A stretch of DNA of 32,000 nucleotides, taken from contig DAOVER010000028.1 in NCBI GenBank assembly GCA_030668875.1, positions 7,399 through 39,398 of the forward strand. The letters are read 5' to 3'. This document shows positions 9,070-18,036 of this stretch, piece after piece (the stretch's first letter is position 1; each line of letters begins with the position of its first letter). The notes beneath the pieces are model-generated. The model saw nothing but the letters and a program-made list of their open reading frames with translations. It did no database searches and was not told the DNA's origin. Position numbers and translations under genes: made by a program. Source of the stretch: Candidatus Heimdallarchaeota archaeon (GTDB lineage: Archaea > Asgardarchaeota > Heimdallarchaeia > Heimdallarchaeales > Heimdallarchaeaceae).

Positions 9070-10495
9070 TGTTGTCATACTAACTACCATTATATCAGTT
9101 TAAATGGACAGATCTAGGCGAATATTACGGGAGTTTTTATAAGAATCTCTAGATAAAGAAAAGATGGCTAAAGTTCCTAGGGTAGAATGTATAGAAGTAA
9201 AGTATCAGCCTAGTTTAAGCAAGCTTTGTCATCAAGTAAAAAATCTCTATAATCGAGCGAATTTTCTGATAAAAACCTCCTTGAACAAAAAGAACAAACT
9301 CCTATTCTACAATGATCTCAACAAACTACTCAACCATGAAGAGTGTTATCGTGTTCTCCCTGCGCACACTGCCCAACATACCCTCAAACTCCTTTGTCGA
9401 AACTGGAAGGGGTATTTCCGAGCAATGAAGGAGTGGAAAGTCAACCCTGGAGCTTTTTTCGCTATGCCCCGTCCACCTAATTACAAAAAAAAGGATGGGG
9501 AAGTGGTAGCTATTTTCACTAACCAACAAGCAAGGATTGTTAATGGATGGTTGGTTTTACCTAAAAAAGTGGGATACTGTTACAAAACACGATTGACCTC
9601 TCACACTGATTTACGAGAGGTGAGAATCATTCCAAGAAGAGTGGGGTATACCCTAGAATTAGTCTATCAGAAAAGCTTACCTAAACTCCGTAAAAAGTTG
9701 ATACGGAAAGGCGGAGTTGATTTAGGGATGATCAACCTTACTACCTTTGTGGATAACCTCGGGGGTCAACCGATTGTTATCAAGGATGCAGGGAAAGGAA
9801 TAAAATCCATAACCCAATATTATCTAAAAAAGCAGAAACAGTTACAAATTCAATATGCTCAACAGCAAAGACAACAACTACAAGGAAAAAATAAACACAG
9901 CTATGGTCATGCTTACTATAATCTCCGAGAAAAGTGGAGGAAAAAACTAAAAGATGCTATACACAAACTCACCTGTTATTTGGTCGATTTGTGGGTGGAA
10001 AGAGGTCTCCACGAGGTCATCATCGGCTACAATGAGAAGTGGAAACAAGGAGTGCAATTCTGGAAGAAGATCACTCAGATGTTCGTTACCATTCCCTTTC
10101 TACGTATCATCAACATCTTGAAGTATAAGGGGGCAGAACGAGGGATAAAGGTAGAGATGATCCCCGAAAAATATACTTCAAAGTGTAGTTTCCTTGACAA
10201 TGAATTCCCAAAAGCTAGGAAAAAATACGCTGGTCGTAGAGTTACTCGGGGGTTGTTTCGTTCCGCTCACGGCTACTTAATCAATGCTGATGTCAATGCT
10301 GCATACAACATTTTACTCAAAAGCGATCCGAAAGCCTTGCAAAGACGCAGGGTGAACGGGGTAGGAGGATACGTGATGTATCCACTCAGAGTGAGTATAG
10401 AACATCTATGATGAGCTATATGTTGAACTCTAAGAAAGACACTCGACTAAAGTTGTCCTTATATGACAACATGACAAAAACTCATCATATTTCAA
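9070..10495 (+). mobile_element. Transposase-less TnpB element (IS200/IS605 or IS607 derived); boundaries approximate
   Basis: tnpB with higher GC than its flanks, a structured 3' end and no tnpA nearby. Left end placed after the Nudix promoter; right end tentatively placed at TTCAA (10491-10495). Confidence 0.6.
9164..10411 (+). CDS. tnpB: TnpB RNA-guided endonuclease with rearranged RuvC-II
   Basis: RuvC-I GVDLG (D186), IIGYNEKWKQ lacking the canonical Glu, PEKYTSKCS (E335) and RuvC-III INADVNAAYNI (D376). Confidence 0.92.
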   Translation: MAKVPRVECIEVKYQPSLSKLCHQVKNLYNRANFLIKTSLNKKNKLLFYNDLNKLLNHEECYRVLPAHTAQHTLKLLCRNWKGYFRAMKEWKVNPGAFFAMPRPPNYKKKDGEVVAIFTNQQARIVNGWLVLPKKVGYCYKTRLTSHTDLREVRIIPRRVGYTLELVYQKSLPKLRKKLIRKGGVDLGMINLTTFVDNLGGQPIVIKDAGKGIKSITQYYLKKQKQLQIQYAQQQRQQLQGKNKHSYGHAYYNLREKWRKKLKDAIHKLTCYLVDLWVERGLHEVIIGYNEKWKQGVQFWKKITQMFVTIPFLRIINILKYKGAERGIKVEMIPEKYTSKCSFLDNEFPKARKKYAGRRVTRGLFRSAHGYLINADVNAAYNILLKSDPKALQRRRVNGVGGYVMYPLRVSIEHL

Positions 10496-10515
10496 GTTAA
10501 CTCAAAAGATAGAGG
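10340..10515 (+). ncRNA. Candidate TnpB right-end (omega/re) RNA scaffold plus flank-derived guide
   Basis: Stems GGATAC/GTATCC (10367-72/10378-83), TATGATGAG/CTCATCATA (10407-15/10481-89, 9 bp perfect) and GTTGTC/GACAAC (10452-57/10465-70), overlapping the tnpB 3' end as known for reRNAs. Confidence 0.6.
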
Positions 10516-10611
10516 ATGTTAGTAAAACTGAATATATAACCAAAAAGATAATAATAAGCGTTACCAAACTGAAACACATAAAACCGAATATGTTCTGGAA
10601 AGCGGAGTAAA

Positions 10612-11412
10612 ATGGGAAACAAAGACAAAGATAATTATGAAGCCTTTAAAATTTCAAATATTAGAAAGGCTGCATCTGAGGTTTATATCAATCTAGAGAA
10701 GAAACATAATGTTCATGCACTAGTTGATTTTGATATTACAGAAACACGTAAAATGATAAAACAACATTTTGAAAAAACTGGAGAGAAATTATCTTTTTCA
10801 GCATTTATGATTAATTGTGTGGGGAAAGCAGTCTCAGATAATAAAAGAGTACATGCTCTAAGAAAAAATAGAAGAAAATTTATTGTATTCAATGAAGTAG
10901 ATATTGCTACGATAGTTGAAAGGGAGATAGAGGGTGAATCTTGGCCTATTTTGTATGTTATAAGATCTGTAGATAAAAGATCATTAAGAGAGATACACAA
11001 TGAAATCCGTAATGCTCAAGTTGCAAAAGAGATTACAGATGATTTTCAGAAACAGATTGATTTCTACCTAAAATTCCCTCGACCTTTAAGACTATTGTAT
11101 AGAAGGAGGATTCAAAATAATCCAAAAGTCCTAAAAAGCTATGTAGGCTCTGTCTTAATTACATCCGTAGGAATAACTGCACTTAATGGGGGATGGGGTA
11201 TACCATATGTGGGACATCCACTAGTAATAACCATTGGTGGGATAGAAAAGAAACCTAAAGTTATCAAAGATAAGATAGAAGTCAGAGAATGTTTAAATGT
11301 AACTCTAACCTTTGATCATGATAATCTTGATGGGGCACCCGCTGCAAGATTTACAGCAGAGCTTAAGGAATTAATTGAAAATGGTTATGGATTAGCAGGG
11401 ATAGCTAACTAA
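10612..11412 (+). CDS. Stand-alone 2-oxoacid dehydrogenase E2-type acyltransferase catalytic domain
   Basis: ITIGGIEKKP and LTLTFDHDNLDGAPAARF (a DHxxxDG variant); no lipoyl or E3-binding domain. Confidence 0.82.
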   Translation: MGNKDKDNYEAFKISNIRKAASEVYINLEKKHNVHALVDFDITETRKMIKQHFEKTGEKLSFSAFMINCVGKAVSDNKRVHALRKNRRKFIVFNEVDIATIVEREIEGESWPILYVIRSVDKRSLREIHNEIRNAQVAKEITDDFQKQIDFYLKFPRPLRLLYRRRIQNNPKVLKSYVGSVLITSVGITALNGGWGIPYVGHPLVITIGGIEKKPKVIKDKIEVRECLNVTLTFDHDNLDGAPAARFTAELKELIENGYGLAGIAN

Positions 11413-11452
11413 ACATAAACCTATTAAGATTACAAAATTTCAAATCTATTAG

Positions 11453-12343
11453 TTGGTAGAACATTTGAATATTGATAAACTTGTATTAGCAGATTCTAAA
11501 AATGTAAATCAATATACTCTAGATGAAATTAGAAATAAAATCATACTTGGTGATGCTCTAGAAGTACTGAAAAAAATCCCAGATGAATCTGTCGATCTTG
11601 TTTTTATAGACCCACCCTATTTTTTACAACTACCAAAAAAGAAACTTGTTCGTTGGAACGTTAAAACAAAAGTAGAAGGTGTGGAAGATGACTGGGATAA
11701 ATTTGAATCTTTTGAAGAATATGATTCATTTATTGAAAATATACTCTCTCAAACAAGTAGAATAATGAAAACGAATGCTACATTATGGATTATTTCAACT
11801 TATCATAGCATTCATCGTATCGGGACGATAATGCAAAATCTAAGATACTGGTTACTCTCAGAAATTGTGTGGATCAAAAATAACCCCATGCCTAACTGGT
11901 TAGGAGTGAGGTTCACCAACGCAACAGAAACGATTATCTGGGCAGTGAAGGATAAACAATCTAAGAAATATACTTTCAATAAAGAATTGGCAAAAGAATT
12001 CGGAATAGGAAAAGTAGGAGCTAACGTTTGGGTAATTCCTCTCTGTACAGGAAAAGAAAGAATAAAGAAAGAAGATGGAGAAAAACTTCATTCAACCCAA
12101 AAGCCTGTTGAACTACTTAAAAGGATTATATTGACAACGTCAAATGAAGGAGATTTGATACTTGATCCTATGGCAGGTACAGGTACAACTGGGCATGTAG
12201 CAAAGGAACTAAAGCGAGATTTTGTAATGATTGAAAGAGAGAAGAAGTACATTGAAGGTATGAAGGAAAGATTCAAAATTGCTCCAAATATAAAGGATAG
12301 AAAAAAAAGTAGTATAGAAGAGGAAGTTGAAAAAAATTCTTAG
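11453..12343 (+). CDS. Beta-class N6-adenine DNA methyltransferase, CcrM/M.HinfI-like, orphan
   Basis: DPPYFLQL, WDKFESFxxYD, WxKxNPMPNxxGxRFTNAxETxIW, IPLCTGxERIK, HSTQKP and DPMAGTGTT. TTG start as given in the ORF track. Confidence 0.88.
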   Translation: MVEHLNIDKLVLADSKNVNQYTLDEIRNKIILGDALEVLKKIPDESVDLVFIDPPYFLQLPKKKLVRWNVKTKVEGVEDDWDKFESFEEYDSFIENILSQTSRIMKTNATLWIISTYHSIHRIGTIMQNLRYWLLSEIVWIKNNPMPNWLGVRFTNATETIIWAVKDKQSKKYTFNKELAKEFGIGKVGANVWVIPLCTGKERIKKEDGEKLHSTQKPVELLKRIILTTSNEGDLILDPMAGTGTTGHVAKELKRDFVMIEREKKYIEGMKERFKIAPNIKDRKKSSIEEEVEKNS

Positions 12344-12374
12344 TGTAAAGAAAAAGAAAGAGGAAATGTGAGAG

Positions 12375-14408
12375 TTATTTCTTATGTATGTTGAACCAAT
12401 CAATAATTTTTTCTAATCTATCTTGCATATGTTTGGGTTTACCTGACCTGCTCAATTCATGTCCTTCCTCTGGGTAACGGATAAGCTCTGCTTTAATTCC
12501 TAATTTGAGAAGTGAGGCAAAATACTCTTCTCCTTGAGATATTGGAACCCTAAAGTCATTTTCAGAATGAATAATCCTAGTAGGTGTTTGAACTTTATCG
12601 ACATAAGCTATCGGGGATAATTTCCACATCTCATCTAGGTCTTCCCATGGAAATGCACCAGTTTCGTCTTTGGTAAATTGCGTGATATCTGTTGTGCTCC
12701 AAAAACTAACAAGATTGTAAACCCCTCTTTGTGGAGCAGCTGCTTTGAATCTTTTATCATTACCAATTATCCAAGTTGTCATATATCCACCATACGAACC
12801 TCCAGTAATAAACAAATTATTTTCGTCAACATATCCCTTTGCGACAGTTTGATCCACTCCCATTAGTAAATCATTTGCAGGTTCTGTTCCCCAATTAGCA
12901 ACAACATAACGGAAATCATAACCCCTACCACTAGACCCTTGGGGATTACAGTAAAATATTACATATCCTTGTGCTGCAAAATACTGGAACTCAAACCACA
13001 TTGTTCTTTCATGTGGTGACCAAGTAGCATGTGGTCCTCCATGAATTTCAAGGATTAAAGGATATTTTTTGTTTGAATCAAAATTGGAAGGTTTAATTAT
13101 CCATCCTTGTATCTCTTTTTGCTTGTCACCTGTGTATTTTATTTCTTCAGTAGTTGCTTGAGTTCTTTCTTTTAACCAATCTTTGTTAGATTCCCATATA
13201 GTTTTAGTTACTTTGTAAACGTAATCATATACCTTTAATTTGGAAGGTTCTTTGACATTCGAGACATTTAAAAGAATAAGTCCTTGTTCTGCATCAACGT
13301 CATAAGAAAGTATTTGATAATCTCCAAGTACCACTTTTTCTAATGTTTCTCTTTCGATGCTATAACGGTAGAGTATATTTCTTTCCCATTCATCCACAAC
13401 AAAATATAAGTAGTCTGTTTTTGAATCAAATAAAGCTGAAAAAGCATGGTTATCTATCGATTCTGTAACTAGTTTTTCTAACCCAGTTTCTATATTCAGT
13501 AGTTTTATTTCAGCATTCTGAGTTGATGCTTCATCTGTGGTTAATATTGTATCATATGCTAACCATAACCCATTTGGCGAGATTGATAAACTTGTTCCGA
13601 AACCAAGAGCAGATTTAAGTTTTTTGACTTTTTTACTTTCAACAGAGATTTCTTCTATCAGAAATTCATATAAATCATTCAACTGTCCATCTTCTTTTTG
13701 TTTAGCAGCATATAATTTTGTACCATCCTTGCTTAGGATTGCTGAAATATAGTTAAATTCACCATCAGTAATTCTGCGAGATTCCCTAGTTTCTAAGTCT
13801 AAAACGTAAAAATGACTGATTTTATCATCCATAAAGGATGTCTCTTGTCGATAAACAATTTTCTGGACAACTCGAGGGTCAACTTTTTTCTTTTCAGCTT
13901 CTTCTTGTTTTAGTTTTTTGACTTTCTGATCAACCTCTGATAATTCTTGAGGTTTCTCTTTTTCTTCATGAGCTTTATCTTCGTCATTTTGTTCTTCAAT
14001 GCTAACTCTATGTGAAAAAGTAATTTTTTTACCATCTAGAGACCAATTAAATGAATTTACTCCATTAGGCATCGTGGTGTATTTAATAGATTCTCCACCA
14101 TTTATGGGCATTATATATAATTGTGATTTTTCCTTTTTGCCTCCTCTTTTACTAAGGAAAGCTATGGATTCTTTGTTCGGAGAAAGTTTCATAGATTGAT
14201 CTTGTGATGAACCACTAGTGAACTGCTTGGGTTTGGCATCTTCATCACCTTGTAGAAAAATAGCTGAATTATGCTTATTTTCTTTGATGTTGAGTTTTTG
14301 TTCTTCAAATAAATATCTTTTTCCTGGAAGGATTTGAACCTTCATTATATTTCTAAGCAAGTATAAATCTTCTATTGAAATGTCCTTTAATTCCATCTTT
14401 ATCATCAC
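12375..14408 (-). CDS. S9 family (acylaminoacyl/dipeptidyl) peptidase with beta-propeller
   Basis: IHGGPH, GGSYGG nucleophile, HSENDFRVP and YPEEGHELSRSG. The true start may be ATG 14405 or 14396. Confidence 0.93.
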   Translation of the reverse strand: MMIKMELKDISIEDLYLLRNIMKVQILPGKRYLFEEQKLNIKENKHNSAIFLQGDEDAKPKQFTSGSSQDQSMKLSPNKESIAFLSKRGGKKEKSQLYIMPINGGESIKYTTMPNGVNSFNWSLDGKKITFSHRVSIEEQNDEDKAHEEKEKPQELSEVDQKVKKLKQEEAEKKKVDPRVVQKIVYRQETSFMDDKISHFYVLDLETRESRRITDGEFNYISAILSKDGTKLYAAKQKEDGQLNDLYEFLIEEISVESKKVKKLKSALGFGTSLSISPNGLWLAYDTILTTDEASTQNAEIKLLNIETGLEKLVTESIDNHAFSALFDSKTDYLYFVVDEWERNILYRYSIERETLEKVVLGDYQILSYDVDAEQGLILLNVSNVKEPSKLKVYDYVYKVTKTIWESNKDWLKERTQATTEEIKYTGDKQKEIQGWIIKPSNFDSNKKYPLILEIHGGPHATWSPHERTMWFEFQYFAAQGYVIFYCNPQGSSGRGYDFRYVVANWGTEPANDLLMGVDQTVAKGYVDENNLFITGGSYGGYMTTWIIGNDKRFKAAAPQRGVYNLVSFWSTTDITQFTKDETGAFPWEDLDEMWKLSPIAYVDKVQTPTRIIHSENDFRVPISQGEEYFASLLKLGIKAELIRYPEEGHELSRSGKPKHMQDRLEKIIDWFNIHKK

Positions 14409-14547
14409 AATATTATTATTTAAAAATATCAGTTCTCTTTTAATACCTTTTGCAAAAAAAAGATTATAAGTAGAATTTAGCTCATTAATTCAGGAATTTT
14501 CGTGAAAATTTAAATAGGGAAATTATCAATTACATTTACAGTGACTC

Positions 14548-16923
14548 ATGGCCTTCATAGATAAATATCATAAATTTCTTGAGAAATATAAAATCATCGT
14601 AATAGTCATCTGGTGCATAGTATTAGGATTTAGTGCTTGGTTAGGTCCAAGGTTTTTAGATTCAACATCTTCAAATTTTGATCCTCCAACGGGTTCACCC
14701 AGCCAATTAGCAGAAGAGGTTCTTGAGGCTGAATTTCCTGAATTTACTAATGAAACAAGTGTTGTCATACTAATTAGGATGAAAGATGAAAACGTATCAA
14801 TTATCAACACAGAAGTAGAAGTGTTCTGTCAAAATGTTACGGATATCACAGATGAGTATACTGATCAAACAATAATAATTTCCATTTTAAATTACTATAT
14901 TTTTACTGATTTGGGTTTCATTTCAGCAGCAGGAAGTTTTGTCTCAGACTCAGAGAGATCTATGCTATTTATCATAGATTTAAAGCTTGAAGGAGAGAGT
15001 AGTATAATTGATGATTTCATATACTATCTAAGGGATAACCTTGCTTCCATAGAAAAAGAAGATAATGAATTTGATGCATTCCTGACAGGATTTACTGCAA
15101 TGTATATGGATATGAAGGAAGTCACTCAAGAAGATCTAGCTTTGATGGACATTATTGTTATTCCGATTGCAATGCTGGTTCTAGCTTTTGTCCTTCGAAG
15201 TTTGAAATTAATGATTTTACCCATTCTCTCAATGGCGATAAGCATTCTAACATCTTACTTGATAATGTACCCCTTAGCACTTACATTGAACATTTTCTCT
15301 TTTGTTCCATCTATTATGATGAGTCTTGTCATTGCTCTATCAATTGATTATTCACTTTTCCTACTTACAAGGTATAGAGAAGAAATCCTAAAAAACAATG
15401 ATAATTCAAAAGCCACAAAACAGATGAGTCAACATGCAGGTCACACAATTATGTTGAGTGGATTAACATTAGCAATAACTTTTCTTGGGTTGGTATTTTT
15501 CCCATTAGAACTTCTTTCAACAATAGGTTTAGGGGCCACAGTTTGCATTATTACAACACTTATAGTTAATCTAACACTCACTCCTTCATTGCTTCTAACC
15601 TTTGGAAAATTCTTTAGTAAATTGAGATGGTATAGAAAGAGCAAAGGAATAAAAGAAGGGGAACTTGAAGATTATAAGAAAAAGGATTTGGTTAATCAAG
15701 CGAAAAGCATCTGGTATAGAATAAGTAAATTCTCGACTAAATATGCTCTAGTCGTTATCTTAGTCATAGTAATATTAACAATTCCCATTTCAATTCAAGT
15801 TTTCAAGTTTCAAAGATCAATCGATTTCAATCAGATTCTTCCTAGAGGTGTTGATTCTCGTGAAGCATATATAGCTATGCAGGAGGATTTTGCCCCTGGA
15901 CAAATTATTCCTTTCTATATAATCATTGAAACAAATGAAACAAATGGGCTAAACACTTCTTCATTCTTCTATACAGCTAAAGACTTGATACATGATATTG
16001 CTAATGAAACGGCAGTATTCAATGAAAGTTTCGTATCAATAGTCAGGATAAATGACATGGAGCTTCCATACTTCAGTAGTATACAAATGTTGCTTGATCC
16101 TTCAAATACAGGTGAATTTGGTATGATTTACAGAGCCATCTATAGTAAATATACAAATGAAGAAAATTCAACAACAATCATGGAAATCCAAACTCCATTT
16201 GATCCTTGGGGAGATGATGCAGAGAGTTGGATAAAACAAACAAGACTTATTTTAGAACGATACGAGGAACAAACCGGATATAAGCTATATCTAGCCGGAG
16301 GATCAACGGTAATGGTTGACGCAATAGATAAGGTTTATGAGTTGTTTCCACTAATGATTTCTATTACAATAATTGTTGTCTATATCCTGATTGGGTTAAT
16401 GTTCAAGTCAGCTTTCATACCTTTGAGATTGATATTCACAATCGGTATCACTTTATCCTTCATTTATGGATTAGGAGTATTGGTTTTCGAAACATCTTTC
16501 CTAAATAGCGTAATTTCTCCCCTGCAAGATATCAATGCTTTCTATTGGTTAGTACCTATCATGGCATTTTCAATTCTTATTGGGCTTGGTCTTGATTATG
16601 ACATTTTCTTACTTTCTAGAATATCAGAATATAGAGATAAAGGATACTCAGATAAAGCAGCAATTCACAAGGGAATGTACAAAACGGGAAATATCATATC
16701 ATTCGCCGGCATAATAATGGCCATTGCATTTTCGGGTCTTCTTCTATCAAAGGAGATGGTTCTTAATCAATTTGGATTTATGCTATGTATTGCAGTTTTA
16801 GTTGACACCTTTATAGTGAGAACTATACTAGTACCTGCAATTATGTCAATTGCTGAAAAATGGAATTGGTGGCCAACTAAGAAACCTGAACCTACAAAAA
16901 ATGAAAATGATGTGGAGATATGA
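14548..16923 (+). CDS. MmpL/RND-family lipid transporter
   Basis: Two TM repeats with large soluble loops; paired ALSIDYSLF and GLGLDYDIF Asp-Tyr motifs. Confidence 0.9.
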   Translation: MAFIDKYHKFLEKYKIIVIVIWCIVLGFSAWLGPRFLDSTSSNFDPPTGSPSQLAEEVLEAEFPEFTNETSVVILIRMKDENVSIINTEVEVFCQNVTDITDEYTDQTIIISILNYYIFTDLGFISAAGSFVSDSERSMLFIIDLKLEGESSIIDDFIYYLRDNLASIEKEDNEFDAFLTGFTAMYMDMKEVTQEDLALMDIIVIPIAMLVLAFVLRSLKLMILPILSMAISILTSYLIMYPLALTLNIFSFVPSIMMSLVIALSIDYSLFLLTRYREEILKNNDNSKATKQMSQHAGHTIMLSGLTLAITFLGLVFFPLELLSTIGLGATVCIITTLIVNLTLTPSLLLTFGKFFSKLRWYRKSKGIKEGELEDYKKKDLVNQAKSIWYRISKFSTKYALVVILVIVILTIPISIQVFKFQRSIDFNQILPRGVDSREAYIAMQEDFAPGQIIPFYIIIETNETNGLNTSSFFYTAKDLIHDIANETAVFNESFVSIVRINDMELPYFSSIQMLLDPSNTGEFGMIYRAIYSKYTNEENSTTIMEIQTPFDPWGDDAESWIKQTRLILERYEEQTGYKLYLAGGSTVMVDAIDKVYELFPLMISITIIVVYILIGLMFKSAFIPLRLIFTIGITLSFIYGLGVLVFETSFLNSVISPLQDINAFYWLVPIMAFSILIGLGLDYDIFLLSRISEYRDKGYSDKAAIHKGMYKTGNIISFAGIIMAIAFSGLLLSKEMVLNQFGFMLCIAVLVDTFIVRTILVPAIMSIAEKWNWWPTKKPEPTKNENDVEI

Positions 16924-16988
16924 TTTGAAGATTAATACATAGAGAAAAAACTAAGTTTATTAACAAGTTTAGGCATTTCTAAGTTTGC

Positions 16989-17885
16989 ATGGATGATATG
17001 TTTCTAAAGAATCTTCCACTTTCTTCGAGGGAGACAGTTGATTTCTCCATATTCCCTTGGCTTGAACTAGATTATGTTGAAGTAGAAGAAGGAATACATC
17101 TTCGAGTATTCAAGATCAAATGTAAAAAATCGATTTCAAAGATTAATATTGTTGTAGTTGCAGGTCTTTGTTCTAATTTCTTAGGATGGATTGATATTGA
17201 TAATGAGCTTTCAAATATTGGTGATATCTATCATATTGAATCTAGAGAAAAAAGTTCTGCTATGCATTACAAAAGGAAGATAAGTTATTCAATGGAGAGA
17301 TACGCGACAGACATAAGTAAAGTAGTTGAGCACTACAATTTGAATGAAGAAGGCTTCTATTTATTTGGTGATTCTTTTGGATCAGAAGTTGCTGTAAAAT
17401 ATCTGGATAGGGGATATCATCCTCCAAAAGGTTTGATCCTTATCAGTCCTGAGGCTAGTTTTTCATTCTCAGGTTGGATGAAGGTTCTTTTTAGGTTACT
17501 CCCTCACTGGTTATTTTATTTTTTCAAACCGTTATTAAAATTCATTCTAAAGTATCTTAGAACGGACATGAAAAATGATCCAGGTTCTTACTATCTAAAC
17601 AAAAGGAATATTGTTACAAGTAATCCCAAAAGGATGAAGAATTGTGCGATGAATTTATTTTACTACAAATCAGACGCAGATTACTCTGTTATCAAATGCC
17701 CAACCTTCATAATTGCTGCATCTACAGACAAAATGCATACTTTTGAAAAGAGCATTGATGTTGCTAAGAGAATTCCAAATACAACATTTGAGGATGTAAT
17801 CCATTATCAAGAAACGCACAGTAGAGAAACTGCTACAAAAATTTCTATATTCATTCTTGAAGTAGAGAAGGAAATTCAAGAATAA
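16989..17885 (+). CDS. Alpha/beta-fold hydrolase
   Basis: GDSFG nucleophile elbow; candidate Asp (STDKMH) and His (ETHS). Confidence 0.8.
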   Translation: MDDMFLKNLPLSSRETVDFSIFPWLELDYVEVEEGIHLRVFKIKCKKSISKINIVVVAGLCSNFLGWIDIDNELSNIGDIYHIESREKSSAMHYKRKISYSMERYATDISKVVEHYNLNEEGFYLFGDSFGSEVAVKYLDRGYHPPKGLILISPEASFSFSGWMKVLFRLLPHWLFYFFKPLLKFILKYLRTDMKNDPGSYYLNKRNIVTSNPKRMKNCAMNLFYYKSDADYSVIKCPTFIIAASTDKMHTFEKSIDVAKRIPNTTFEDVIHYQETHSRETATKISIFILEVEKEIQE

Positions 17886-18036
17886 ATTCAGCATATTTCG
17901 AAATAGTCAATATGAGTCTAAATCCTCTTCCTTCCACTAATTTTCTTTTTTCCAAATTTCAAAATATTACCCATTAATAAACGGGCTCGAAGAAAAACGA
18001 CATTCCACCAAAAGGGAAAAAATGAAGAGAGAAGTA

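Noticed and set aside
10496-10510. The predicted TnpB guide start GTTAACTCAA matches the reverse complement of the IS481 right end (31332-31341), and ATACT precedes both that site and a possible left end (9077-9081), suggesting TnpB targeting of another IS.
   Set aside because: Only 10 contiguous nt match in AT-rich DNA, the left-end position was chosen after the fact, and TnpB guides are normally just insertion-site flank. Chance is a sufficient explanation.
10612-12343. The methyltransferase and the upstream gene as a restriction-modification pair.
   Set aside because: The upstream protein is an acyltransferase fold with no PD-(D/E)xK or HNH motif.
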